Source: Octopus vulgaris (Eukaryota). From it: a DNA stretch of 64,000 bases. This document shows positions 1-13,161 of this stretch, piece after piece (the stretch's first letter is position 1; each line of letters begins with the position of its first letter). Where the stretch lies: assembly GCA_951406725.2 (NCBI GenBank), contig OX597825.1, positions 47,802,001-47,866,000 of the forward strand. Reading direction: 5' to 3'. A program made the translations under genes and the position numbers. The notes beneath the pieces are model-generated. The model did no database searches and was not told the DNA's origin. It was given only the letters and a program-made list of their open reading frames with translations.

Positions 1-740
1 ATGAGTGAACTAGCAGTCACAGAATCCCCTAGATAACTACAAAACCCAATGGATACATAGACAACTAACCTTTTTGTTCTAAATTCACTCATGCATACAC
101 GTATGTAAGTATTCATTTTCATAAAGAGTTGAATCCCGCATTATATATATGCACTACTTCCAAATTCTTATTGGGGGAAGATAAAATGTTTACTTTAAAA
201 GGACATCCAGCAGGCTTTGCAAAGAGTAAGGCTAGAACTCCTTCCAGGATTTTTTTTACACACACGCAACTTAAAATAATATTAGGTTTGATATGGAGAG
301 AAAAATAAAAGCGCCACAATGAAACACTTCCTTGCCGCCTACTTAAAATACTTTTTATTAATAAAATCAGGGTCTACACATCAAAAACATTTCTATGTTC
401 TCTCAGTATTCTAAAAATGTTCTTTGAATTAAAATATGTAGTATGCTGTCTTAAGAAAACATTAGAGAATTAAGAAAACCTGCTGCCATTTCCACACTAG
501 CAAAATTAATCAAATATGTTATTTCTAAATGTAAAAGTTATTATGAAACATGTTAAGTGAATTGATGTTAAAAAGAATTAATTGAATTAAATAATTAACT
601 TACATTAGTTATGAAGATATTAATTGGTTAATTGAACAACTGTCTTTCTAAAACAGTGCCCATCCACAACTATGTGTCTCGTTTTATGAAGACAAAAGAC
701 CGAAACAAAAATATATGAATAGTCTGAGCTAATAGATACA

Positions 741-792
741 TAATATAATATAATATAATATAATATAATATAATATAATATAATATAATATG
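741..792. repeat. (TAATA)n pentanucleotide microsatellite
   Basis: About 10 perfect TAATA units read directly. Confidence 0.95.
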
Positions 793-2387
793 ATAAAAAT
801 TGAATGTTTCCTGTGATGATTACTTCACTTTCTCCTCGCACTAATTATCAAACAAAAACTATTTTTCTTAAGCAGAGTTATAAATGAATGTATGTAAACT
901 TATGCGCGCACGTGTAAGTATGTCTGTATGCATAAATATATGTATATTTACAGAGATATTTAAAGACATTTTACATTATTGTTGTAGCAATAACTAGTCC
1001 CCAGCTGAAAATATGTATTTTTCTTCAATTTACCAATTACTGCAAGGCATCTGTGTGGCACCACGTCACATGAATTATCTGTAGTTTCTTCGAATTCTTC
1101 TTGGCCTACATTTATAAGAACTACGTCTAAAATGTAACAACTGGCACAAGAAAATGTGGAGTTCGGAGTGTTTTATCACCTTCATAACACCCCTATAAAA
1201 CACTTGACGAGTGGGCGGGATTGTGCCGGTGGATCAGATCAACTCTCTAGTGTTGATCCTCTGCAGTCTGTAAATATTTTAATAAGATTTTGTTGAAGGC
1301 GATTCAATAAAATGTGGCACGTTAGATATGACACGTTAAACGTAATCCTTTAAAATGACACGGAATTGAAATGTTTATCCCGTATTTCAAGTATTTCATA
1401 ATTGAAAAATATATTTCCCATTTTTCTTTATTCGAAAACCTAATGTGATCAGCCCATTGCTTTTTCCGGGAAAATATTGGTACTACTTCATTCTATACAA
1501 TGTACGGTAATTTCAAAAGTATTTTGCTAGACGGAGATCTCTGCGAGTATACAGATGTCAATCGTGCTACACTTATCTCAAGCGATTCCCTACACCAACA
1601 CTGAATCATTTAATCAGCTTTTTACTTAGTAACATTCCTATGTATTTCAGTACACTCCTTCATCTCGCCGTTAAGCAGTATTCAACAGAAATATGGTTCA
1701 ATTCTCGTAGAAGTCCCTATCCACATTTAGCCGTCTTATATTGTGCTTCTGAATTTACTTACATCTTAAATGTTTATATTATACTTTGTAACAAAGTTTT
1801 TCGCTTTCTTTTCTTTTTATCTTTGGTCAGTAAGTGTTATTTCCAATTTGCTTCTATCTAGAAATCAAAGGAAACGAGTACTATTCCCTTCAAACTTTTG
1901 TGACCTGGACATCGATGTTTTGAAACTGACCTATTTTCCATTACGTGTCAGATATATTCAGTGCTGAGTTGCTGAAGTAGAAATATCATTTTAACAAATA
2001 TTCTGCTCTGTACCATAATTTTGCTTGAATTTAATCACTTGAACACGTCTCGTAATGGCTGACAATATGTGTATCACTGATCATGAGCAGGAGTAGTGGA
2101 GGAGCATCATAGCCATGAACTGAGAGGTATTCTTTGGGGTTGGAATAAATGTAGCAAAAGCAAAGTTAGCCATTTATATTAGTCATTTTTCATATTTTAT
2201 AGGGGTAAGCAAATGGGAAATAACAGTTGCTACCCGAGGACAAAAATCGTGTTACACAGTGTTATTTACACAAATAGGCATACATAATATGCACAGTCGG
2301 AGAATTTGAAACAATTAAAAAAGATTTTCTGATCATATAATGAAAACATATTTCAGATCAAAATTCTCGCAAAAAATGTGTGCATAT

Positions 2388-2420
2388 GTCTCTCTCTTTT
2401 TCTTTCTTTCTTTCTTTCTT

Positions 2421-2493
<73 letters not shown>

Positions 2494-2500
2494 CATACAT
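2388..2500. repeat. compound (CT)n/(AT)n/(ATAC)n microsatellite
   Basis: Direct read; it explains the low-complexity ORFs 2340-2662. Confidence 0.95.
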
Positions 2501-4057
2501 GGCACCTGTAACAGAACACGTGTCACTAAAGAATATTATAGCCGAATAAAGAAAATTTGGACCTCAGATCTCTCTGCATTCAATAAAACAATGGCCCACT
2601 ATGTATTTGTGGTGCCAGTACTTATACCAACATTTGGGCTGCTTTTATTGAACGCTTCATGAGATCCGAACCATTGGTGTGAAAACCTGGAAAATACTAA
2701 CAAGCACACATAATTATCACATAAGCAGTGACGTAGACCGCCTCTAACTAACCCGAAAACAAGGCGGCAGAGGCTTAACATTGATCCAAAATAACTATGA
2801 ATGTCGTATCACATCCCTTCGGCAACATCTTTTAACCACCAAGTGTCGAAGTGCATCTCTTGACCAAATTTACATACATGAGGCTGATAACATCAAAAGG
2901 CCTCTCCATGAAGGTAGCTCCTTGAGCAACATTCCTTGTCTGATATCCTTAAATACATGCCCAAAGAAATTGCACGACTCGAATGCAACGTATCATCAAA
3001 TGAAGGGATGAACATATATGAGCAGCAGACTATACATGGATATGTTAGTAGAAAGTTCCGAGTTGATAGTGACATTGAACATCAAAGCAGTCTATCGTGT
3101 ACCAATAACAAAATTACTACCTTCAACTTTGAAGGGTATGCGTTTGCAATCCAGGAACAGGAAATGTCAACCAAATACTTGATGCACAAAAGGAATAGAG
3201 ATGTAGGAAAAGTCAGTTGTCCTAAAATCTCCTCACGTTATTATCTATTGATGAGACATTACATTGTAGCTAGGACACTCTATAATGAAATCCGTTGCAA
3301 GGATAATCCCGAGGACGAAGAAATAAAAACTCACAATATGGTAGAAGCCGTAGCCACTCATAATGAAAATGGAGTACTGCTGGAATGTCCCAGTGAAAAC
3401 TTCAATAAAATGTAAGCATAACTGACCTGATATAATGATTTGAGATAAGGAAGAGAAACCGTGTACAGTTGTGAAAATTATGCCCAGTGGATGTTAACAT
3501 AAAGCTGAAGATCAGTGAAAAAGAGAATACCTAAGCTGAACTTTTGAGAACTCTGTTCAGGTTTATTCATGTAATTATTGGGGCCGTGGGATGTTTAACA
3601 CACTGCCTAAATATCAATCGTGAGAAATTAGACTTCTCAAAACCAGAAAGTAGAAAGCTAATTCGAAGACTACAAATCCAATTCAACACTGGAACTGTAA
3701 AAATCTGTAAAACTTTCCAGAAATTTATCATTTGAATATATATGAGCATGTCTAGATATGCAGCTATATGCATGAGAATACATACATAAAACAAAATATA
3801 CAAATCTGTACATATACATACATACGCACATGCGTACATACATTCATATATACATACATGCATACATACATACACACACATACATACATACATACATACA
3901 TACATACATACATACATACATACATACATACATACATAAAAAATACCCTGTTGTTGATGAAATTTTCCCTGAAGGAGCCTTGGATCTAGGTTAGAAACCG
4001 ATTTATTTTTTTTTTGGGGGGGGGCAAGAAATCTTGAAATAAAACTGAATAATGACA
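2500..4057 (+). mobile_element. 5'-truncated, decayed R4/Dong-clade non-LTR retrotransposon (RT thumb, RLE endonuclease, 3' UTR), TACA-flanked group
   Basis: Peptides RVTKEYYSRIKKIWTSDLSAFNK, FEGYAFAIQEQE, CPKISSRYYLLMRH, a PD-motif remnant near 3420 and VIIGAVG...TVKICKTF, broken by stops and frameshifts. Both ends abut (ATAC)n. Confidence 0.85.
3820..3937. repeat. (TACA)n microsatellite
   Basis: Direct read. Confidence 0.95.
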
Positions 4058-4417
4058 TACATACATACATAAACATATCACGCGAGAAGAAATTACAAAA
4101 GCAGCACCTAAAAGCAACATCACACAACTCTAACCAAACCCTTCATCATACACCTCTATCACACCCTGAACCACTAGCTCTCACACACTTGTTTCTTCTC
4201 AGAAAAATTTTCCTGGTGTTACTAGCAAAAGCTAAAATATCTTCATGCTATTTGTTTGCCAGTGATATCCACGATGTTTCCAATGTGTTCACGTCCCTTT
4301 GGGATGTCGACCAGAATATGTGTATACAAACTTAAATACATACATGTATACATACATACATACATACATACGTATATGCGGGTGTGGATATAAACAAGCG
4401 CGCGCACACACATGCAT

Positions 4418-4454
<37 letters not shown>

Positions 4455-4461
4455 CATATAT

Positions 4462-7450
4462 ATCATCATCATCATCATCATCATCATTTAACGTCCGCTT
4501 TCCATGCTAGCATGGGTTGGACGGTTCAACTGGGGTCTGGGGAGCCCGAAAGCTGCACCAGTCCAGTCAGATCTGGCAGTGTTTCTACAGCTGGATGCCC
4601 TTCCTAACGCCAACCACTCCGAGAGTGTAGTGGGTGATTTTATGTGCCACCGACACAGGTGCCAGACGAGGCTGGCAAACGGCCACGCTCGGATGGTGTT
4701 TTTTATGTGCCACCGACACAGGTGCCAGACGAGGCTGGCAGACGGCCACGCTCGGATGGTGTTTTTATGTGCCACCGACACAGGTGCCAGATGAGGCTGG
4801 CAAACGGCCACGATCGGATGGTGCTTGTTACGTGCCCACAGCACGGAGGCGAGTCGATGCGGTACTGGCTACGGCCACGTTCGGATGGTTTTCTTGTGTG
4901 CCACGTGCCACCGGCACTGGTACCACAAAGATACAAATTCCATTGATGTTCATCTATTTTGATTTGTTTTGATTTTCACTTGCCTCAACAGGTCTTCACA
5001 AGTGTCACAAGAAGGAAGGTATGCACAGGTGGACTGACTACGTCCCAGGTAGGGGCCATGGGTTATGGCCTGACTAGTCTTGCCGGGTCTTCGGATGGTG
5101 TTTTTATGTGCCACCGACATAGGTGCTAGATGAGGCTGGCGAACGGCCACGATCGGATGGTGTTTATCATGTGCCCACCGCACTGACTACAGCACTGATG
5201 GATTTCTTGTGTGCCACAGGCACTGGTACCACAAGATACAAATTCCATTGATGTTCATTTTTGATTTGATTTGATTTGATTTTCACTTGCCTCAACCGGT
5301 CTTCACAAGTGTCACAAGAAGGAAGGAAGGAAGGTATGCACAGGTGGACTGACTAGTCTTGCCGGGTCTTCGGAAGGTGTTTTTATGTGCCACCGACACA
5401 GGTGCCAGATGAGGCTGGCGAACGGCCATGATCGGATGGTGTTTGTTACGTGCCCACAGCACGGAGGCCGGTCGATGCGGAACTGGCTACGGCCACGTTC
5501 GGATGGTTCTCTTGTGTGCCACCGGCACTGGTACCACAAAGTGTGTGCCACCGGCACTGGTACCACAAAGATACAGATTCCATTAATGTTCATCTATTTT
5601 GATTTGTTTTGATTTTGATTTTGATTTTCACTTGCCTCAACAGGTCTTCACAAGTGTCACAAGAAGGAAGGAATGCATAGGTGGACTGACTACGTCCCAG
5701 GTAGGGGCCATGGGTTATGGCCTGACTAGTCTTGCCGGGTCTTCGGATGGTGTTTTTATGTGCCACCGACACAGGTACTAGATGAGGCTGGCGAACGGCC
5801 ACGATCGGATGGTGTTTGTCATGTGCCCACAGCACGGAGGCCAGTCGATGCGGTACTGGCTACGGCCACTTTCGGATGGTTTTCTCTTGTGTGCCACCGG
5901 CACTGGTACCACAAAGATACAAATTCCATTGATGTTCATCTATTTTGATTTGTTTTGATTTGATTTTGATTTTGATCTTCAATTGCCTCAACAGGCCTTC
6001 ACAAGTATCACAAGGAGGAAGGTATGCACAGGTGGACTGACTACGTCCCAGGTAGGGGCCATGGTTTATGGCCTGAGTAGCCTTGCCGGGTCTTCGGATG
6101 GTGTTTTTATGTGCCACCGACACAGGTGCTAGATGAGGCTGGCGAACGGCCACGATCGGATGGTGTTTGTTATGTGTCCACAGCACGATGGCCAGTGATG
6201 CGGTACTGACTACGGCCATGTTCGGATGGATTCTTGTGTGCCACCGGCACTGGTACCACAAGCGGTACTGACTACTTTTTATGTGCCACCGACACAGGTG
6301 CTAGATGAGGCTGGCGAACGGCCACGACCGGATGGTGTTTGTTATGTGCCCACAGCACGATGGCCAGTGATGCGGTACTGACTACGGCCACGTTCGGATG
6401 GATTCTTGTGTGCCACCGGCACTGGTACCACAAGCGGTACTGACTACGGCCACGTTCGGATGGATTCTTGTGTGCCACCGGCACTGGTACCACAAAGATA
6501 CAAATTCCATTGATGTTCATCTATTTTGATTTGTTTTGATTTGATTTTCACTTGCCTCAACAGGTCTTCACAAGTGTCATAAGAAGGAAGGTATGTACAG
6601 GTGGACTGACTACGTCCCAGGTAGGGCCCACGGGTTATGACCTGACTAGTCTTGCCGGGTCTTCGGATGGTGTTTTTATGTGCCACCAAGTTCCCACAGC
6701 ACGGAGGCGAGTCGATGCGGTACTGGCTACGGCCACATTCGGATGGTTTTCTTGTGTGCCATAGGCACTGGTACTACAAAGATACAAATTCCATTGATGT
6801 TCATCTATTTTGATTGATTTTCACTTGCCTCAGCAGGTCTTCACAAGTGTCACAAGAAGGAAGGTATGCACAGGTGGATCGACTACGTCCCAGGTAGGGG
6901 CCACGGGATATGGCCTGACTAGTCCTGCCGGGTCCTCTCATGCACAGCACACTTCCATAGGACTCGGTCTTCAGTCATTTCCTTGGTGAGACCTAAAGTT
7001 CGAAGGTCGTGCTTCACCACCTCGTCCCAGGTTTTCCTGGGTCTACCTCTTCCACAGGTTCCCTCAACTGCTAGGGTGTAGCACTTTTGCACACAACTAT
7101 CTTCAGCCATTCTCGTCACATGACCATACCAGCGCAGCCGTCTCTCTTGCACACCACAACTGACACTTCTTAGGTTCAACTTTTCTCTCAAAGTACTTAC
7201 ACTCTGACGATTATGAACACTGACATTACACATCCATCGGAGCATACTGGCTTCATTTCTTGCAAGCTTACGCATATCCTCAGCTGTCACGGCCCATGTT
7301 TCACTACCATGTAGCATGGCTGTACGCACACACGCATCATATAGTCTGCCTTTTACTCTTAGCGAGAGGCCTTTTGTCACCAGCAGGGGTAAGAGCTCTC
7401 TAAACTTTGCCCAGGCTATTCTTACTCTAGCAGTTACACTTTCAGCACAC
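4462..7450 (-). mobile_element. 5'-truncated RTE-clade LINE with tandemly expanded 3' UTR and (ATG)n tail
   Basis: ORF 6919-7380(-) GRLYDACVRTAMLHGSETW...RRLRWYGHV...GRGRPRKTW is the typical RTE C-terminus. Terminal stem-loop around CCATGCTAGCATGG near 4502-4515; (CAT)n at 4462-4487 is the tail on the minus strand. Confidence 0.9.
4630..6925. repeat. hierarchical tandem array: about 6 copies of a ~300-350 bp unit containing ~60 bp subunits with a GGCCACGNTCGGATGG core
   Basis: Block GTGTCACAAGAAGGAAGG (or variant) recurs near 5002, 5309, 5654, 6005, 6574 and 6847; the subunit core recurs more than 15 times. Confidence 0.9.
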
Positions 7451-8219
7451 CCGTGTGTGTATTTATATATGTGTGTCAGAAATCACTTCTAGTAATCACT
7501 TCTACTTTTGCTTTAACAATCCAGCTAAGAAGCTTGTCACTCGAGGAACAAGAAATATCTGCCAAATCTCCCTCAAGTCACATCACATTGTCTTTCGATT
7601 ATCTAGGTTTAAAAGGCGCAACTATCATGGGAGGTATTATACGTTTTCTCGATCGAAGCTGATGTAAGGTTAAATAACAGTAGCAGTTTAAACCGGAAAT
7701 TTATCGTAACTCATTAATCATAGTTCTGTCCAAATACTTTTAGTAACAGTTTCTTCTCTCAGACATCAGTAATAAAATAAATTTAATATCAAAATGTAAA
7801 AGGACTTGTGACATTGAATGCCCAAATAAATACTGTGCAAACAGAGCGAAAATATTTTTCCAATAATCATTTAGCAAAGTGCTCAATAAAAATTAATGCT
7901 TTGGTTTAGAGCCTATGTTGTATATGTAAGCGTGTGTGCTGTGTGCATGACTCTGTATTTGTATGTGTGTGGGGGTGCGCGCGTGTGAGCATGCATGTGT
8001 GCGTACGTGTGTGTGTGCACGCAAGTGCTGATAATTAGAATCGCACCGATGTAAAAACCAATGATATTTATCTCGTAGCCCTTTATGAACCACAATCTCT
8101 GCCTTGTGACGAAATAAATACCACAATGAAATAAATACTAATAGAACGTGGAAAGTCAGTCCCCCAAACCCAAAACCTGTGCATCAGCGGTATCTCTATC
8201 TCCCCCATTCCACACAAAG

Positions 8220-9655
8220 AATGTTACAAGTATCTAGGCATAGACGAAAATGTATCATATGGAAGCACTGTGAATAAAGATAGGGTGACCCAAGAATATT
8301 ACACCAAACTTAGGAAAATATGGCAGTCGGAACTCTCCTCTTACAACAAAACAATATCCCACAATGCATTTGCAGTACCAGTGCTGATCCCAACATTTAG
8401 GATACTTGATTGGTCTGTAGAAAAAATCCACTCCATAGATATCAAAACCCGCAAACTCCTAACAACAACTGGGAACTTCCACAGAAACTCTGATGTTGAC
8501 AAGCTCTACCTAAGAAGTAATGAAGGTGGTAGAGGCCTGAGATCAGTGCAGACGGCTTTCGAACGCCGTATGGTATCACTCAGGCAGCACCTGCTAAACA
8601 ACAGCAGCAAAAAAAAATATATAAATGCAGTGCTGAAAAGGGAAGTGAGCAACATTGTACGAGCTGTCAGTGAACTCCTCAAGAAAAACTCTACCTGATG
8701 ATCTCCTATACAACCCCAAAACAGCTGGAGAAAACCTGGATGGAAGCATACAAAAACAAAAAAGATTATGCATGGGTATGTTGCCCGGAAGTTTGAAGAA
8801 GACAGTAGAATTGACACGAAGCGCAGCCTCTCTTGGACACATGACCCCTACATCACATCACACTTTGAAGGCTATGCGTTTGCAATCCAAGAACAGGAGA
8901 TTGCCATAAAGTTACTAGTGAACAAGAGAGACAGTGGCGCTCTTGTAATCCTAAGGTGCAACTGCATGTGTAGGCTACGTCATGTTTCTGTGGAAGACAT
9001 CAAGCATGTGATTAGCAGCTGTCCTAAAATGTCATCACCTTACTACCTCCCTATGCGGCACGATGTTGTTGCTAAAATAATTTACAATGCCATCCGCAAA
9101 AAAGACTGTCCTGAAATAAACTTAGAAAATCCCTCTGTTATGGAATACATTCATAAACACCAACTCAAGGAATACTGCTGGAATATTTCCATCAAAATTT
9201 CTGTTAAATGTAAACGCAACAGGCCGGATATTGTTGTTTGGGACAGAGGGGCAAAGGTATGTACCATCATGTAGGTCAGCTGTCCTGTAGATATAAATAT
9301 TTTTGGAATATCAAAGAAAAAGAGGATATTTATGGACAACTGCTGCGAAACTTCCAGCTTCTATATCCAGACTATGAATTCATATTCATAGCATTAATAA
9401 TTGGTGCACTAGGTTTTGTTAGTAAATGCTTAAAGGAGAATTTGTATAAACTGGGATTTCCAGAAAGAGAGATCGACCGGTTAATTCGTACATTACAAGG
9501 GGAATTTATGAGTGGAATAGTAAAAGTATGCAAGACTTTTCTCAAGTTTCAAATGTGAATTTGTCTGTGTTAACTACATCCCAAAGATGGAGCCTTGTAT
9601 TTTTGTTGGAAACCGGCTCACTCTTCAGTAGAAGATTTATAGTAATTAAAAAATG
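8220..9655 (+). mobile_element. 5'-truncated R4/Dong-clade LINE (RT thumb, CCHC zinc finger, RLE), TACA-flanked group
   Basis: YKYLG at about 8225, GGRGL motif, CMCRLRH...HVISSCPK zinc finger, KRNRPDIVVWD RLE motif, IIGALG. The 3' UTR motif GGAGCCTTG...GAAACCG is shared with the 2500-4057 copy. Ends in (ATAC)n. Confidence 0.9.
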
Positions 9656-9687
9656 CATACATACATGCATGCATGCATACATACATA

Positions 9688-10027
9688 GAGGTACGGAGGT
9701 GTAGGGGAATATTTAAAAATATCTTTCAACGTTTTCTTCAACATCTTTGCTGACTCAACCCTAAATTAGTAACTGGTTTATTTCTTCCATTATAAATAAG
9801 AGAAATACCTTTTATTTACCAACGTGGTGTTACTCAGATCGGATTATACCTTATTCCAAGTGAAATTTCACGTGAAAACAGGGTCATGGCTGACATCATC
9901 GATGAAAGCAGCAATAAACTATTTGAGAAGACGTAAGTACTCCTCTCGGTTTACTTGGGCTCTACATCTAAACGAAGGTCTACTTCGATGTTATGAAAAA
10001 GCCCATGAAGACCCTTCTATCAGATAA
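9688..10027 (+). mobile_element. 5' UTR and N-terminal fragment of an R4/Dong-like LINE
   Basis: RRKYSSRFTWALHLNEGLLRCYEKAHEDPSI aligns by eye with RRMYSSHFTWTQQLNQDLLRCFDKARDDPSI (12232-12558 -). The upstream UTR is also homologous. Confidence 0.75.
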
Positions 10028-10563
10028 ACGAGGTGCGTTCAAAAAAAACTAATGCCACGTAGGCAAAATCCTTTGAATAGGAGGTGACTCCATCCTTCAA
10101 GCGCATGCGTGAAAATGTTCGTGCCAGTAGGCCGTGTCAGTTCCCAGCTGTTACGCCTAGAGTACAGATGTGTCTGTAATGCGCTCTTATCGGATTTTTG
10201 TTTTCACAATGATTCTCCTACGACGCACTCGTCGTACTTTACTTTCCACGCTGTTTCTCCTACCACTTCTTGTTCACGAACGAAGATCATATGGTTTTGC
10301 GTTTTGTCTCAGTTCCATCCAGTTTTTCAACTTAGAGGATGTAAAACTCTGTTCTCTCATTGATCTCTCTCCTTTCAACTTTTCCACTGACAGAGGATAG
10401 TATCCGAAACACTGAATTTTTCCACTCCATACGGCAAGCTTACTCTACTCTTTATATTGATTTTACTATATAATATAAGTAATGCTGGCGCAGAACAACG
10501 TCTGCCTCCTTGGAATCTATTTGATTACGCACACACAGAGAACGTATGTATGTTATACATGTA

Positions 10564-10955
10564 CAGGGGTTGGACAAAATAATGGAAACACCTTAAAATT
10601 TCAAACAAATTTATTTTAAAATGGGGTAGGACAGCTTGAATTCTTATGAGGTATGGACTCGTACAAAGTTTGAATTGATTCCAAAGGAAATTTTGTCCAT
10701 ATTCAGCTAAAACAGTCTCCAGTTCTTGTAGTAATAATGGTGGAGGATATCGACTCCTTACTAGTTTTTCTAAAATGCACCATAAATGTTCAATAATATT
10801 GAAATCTGGCGACTGTGGCGGCCACATATGATCTTCAACTTCACTAGAAAGTTCCTCGTGCCATTCAGTAACAATGTGTGTAACTGTGCGAATTGGTGCA
10901 TTATCATACTGAAAGATTGCGTTTCCCTCCGGAAACAGTTCCGCAACCATAGGAT
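10564..10955 (-). mobile_element. Tc1-like DNA transposon 3' fragment with one TIR
   Basis: FQYDNAPIRT...WPPQSPDFNIIEHLW (DD34E C-terminal motifs); TA followed by CAGGGGTTGGACAAAATAATGGAAACACC at 10562-10592. Confidence 0.85.
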
Positions 10956-12780
10956 AGTACAGCTTTGTTTATTAAAAGTTGTTCGGCACATACCCTCACT
11001 CCCTTCTTTCAGCCAGCTTGTTTATCAGTCCTAATGCTGTTCGACTCACAATGGTTCTGGAGGAATTGGTTGAGGCAACTTATGTATAGTTTATACATAA
11101 TGTTTAGGCAAGCAATGGGCCTGTAGTTTCCTGCCATCTCCGTGATTTCATTTTTGGCAACAAGATTTGTCCTTGCTGTAGCAAACCAATTTGCTATATC
11201 AGCCTGACCTTCCGTAGTTCTTTTGAACATACATATCTATTGGTCTCCATAAAATGTCAGCTTCTCGTACCAATATCGAACCAATAGGTCCCTTCCAGGT
11301 GCCTTCCCATTCTGCATTTTGCCTACTGCTATAGCGAATGCTTCTGCATCAATTTTGTATGTTTTACTGTTAGTGTTGGTACAGTATTATCTCTCAGTTG
11401 TATTTAACCATGATATATGCATGTTGAAATCCCACTTGCCGTTCCCAATTTTTTACCAGAATGATTGTAGACCTTCTTGAGAGGGAGCTTTCTTAATGGT
11501 AATATTTTCCTTCCTCATCTTTCTGTATAATGCCTGTGGGTTGGAAGCAAACTTGTGATTGAAACTGGCTCGTTTAAAAGTTCGCATGCGATAGCGGAGT
11601 TTCTCTCTCATCGTCCTGAATTTATGTTGTAAAGTGTTTAGTTTTCCCTCAAGTGCTCGATGTGAAGAGTTTCAATCAAGTTTCTTTAATTTTTGTTTAA
11701 GGTAGAGTCGGTGAGGTGTAAATTCATATTCCTCCTTTCGTTTTATTGTTGCAGTTAACCATCCGATATAGCGGTGCACGTTGTAGATGTTTTCTTCAAG
11801 TTTTGTTTTCCACCTCGGTTGTTTCTGTTTAGTAATTTCGTTACTTTGTTCACTGTAGATTTCGCCTAGGTGTTCTTTAAGAGTAATAGCGGCTGTGTAT
11901 ATAAGAGTATTTTATATTCCAGTAATTGACATCACATGATTTCATGTGTTCTCCAGCGGCATCGTTGATAACTTTAAACATTAGATCGGTCGGATTTTTT
12001 CTCACTCTTGTTGGGAATGGTGTGTTGCTCAACAAAAGCTTCGAGAAAGTAGCAAATGATTTTGCGAATTGTAATTTTAAAACGTTTTTAAGTTGAATGT
12101 ATTCTGCAGTCTTCGCTACTGAGTCAGCTAAATTTGGAGACACACTCGAATTTAGCGATGGCGGGGGCGGTGGTTTGTTTACATTATTTTTTTACGCCGC
12201 TTCTGTCAGATTTTTGGCCCATTCTCGGTGTTTAGGGAAGATCGAAGACCAGTTGATTTGTGTTTTTTTTTACAAAAGATGCTTGTTGTCGGAGCTGTTT
12301 CGCCGTGAAGATATTTAAGTTGGGATGAACTTCGTCCCAGTATTGTTTTAACTGCTTCATATATCCGATTGAAGGGTCATCTCGGGCTTTGTCAAAGCAT
12401 CGAAGTAAATCTTGGTTTAGTTGTTGAGTCCAAGTAAAATGAGAAGAGTACATACGTCTTATTAAATAGCTTACTGGTAAAGTAGTTCTGTTTACATCAG
12501 TGGTGGTTTCATCTGTAACGTTGTTAGTTTCATCTGTGATAGTGTTAGTTTCATCCATAATCGTGTTACAGAGATTCCACGTGGTGTAGATGTATATTTC
12601 AAAATCTGTTGAAGATAACGCTACGTTGGTCAGTAAAAGGTGTTTCTCTTAATTATTGTAGAAATATACCAGTTATCGATTTAGGCAGGAGAAATCGGCA
12701 TATTTCTAGAGGAAGGCGTTCTAAACGAACTTTTTAAACGATCCTCTACACCTGCACGTCCGATATTGACAGCGCCATTA
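10955..12780 (-). mobile_element. 5' half of an R4/Dong-clade LINE (5' UTR, Myb-like N-terminus, start of RT), decayed
   Basis: N-terminal FTW...LLRC...YMK..K..WD motif; RT motifs KAPG.D, NYRPIACLNIMYKL and QAG. Begins next to a (TACA)-like tract at 12781-12795. Confidence 0.85.
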
Positions 12781-13120
12781 TGTACGTATGTATGTTTATC
12801 TACCTAACTGTATATGTGTCTGTGTAAATATGTATATTGGTGTGTGACGAAGCACAATTCTAGTGTCATCCATGTTTAGTGATGCATGCCAACACCTCGA
12901 TTACCATACTTCACTGATTGTTTGCTCACATGCTCTACTTTAGTAAGTATTTTGTCAAGACTCATCTTTCTATCCCAAAATCAGGAATGTAGAGGTAATT
13001 TTGTTAAAGGGGGTCAGCGTCTATCAGAGACAGTCATATAATTTCATATACAGACAGGATGGGTTGGTATGTTATTATCTAAAAGGGGACTCAGAACAGC
13101 TGCAAAGTGGTATGCATATA

Positions 13121-13161
<41 letters not shown>

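Noticed and set aside
4630-6925. CRISPR-like array (recurring GGCCACGNTCGGATGG with intervening sequence)
   Set aside because: The intervening sequences are themselves repeated, there are no cas genes, the context is eukaryotic, and the array is an RTE 3' UTR expansion.
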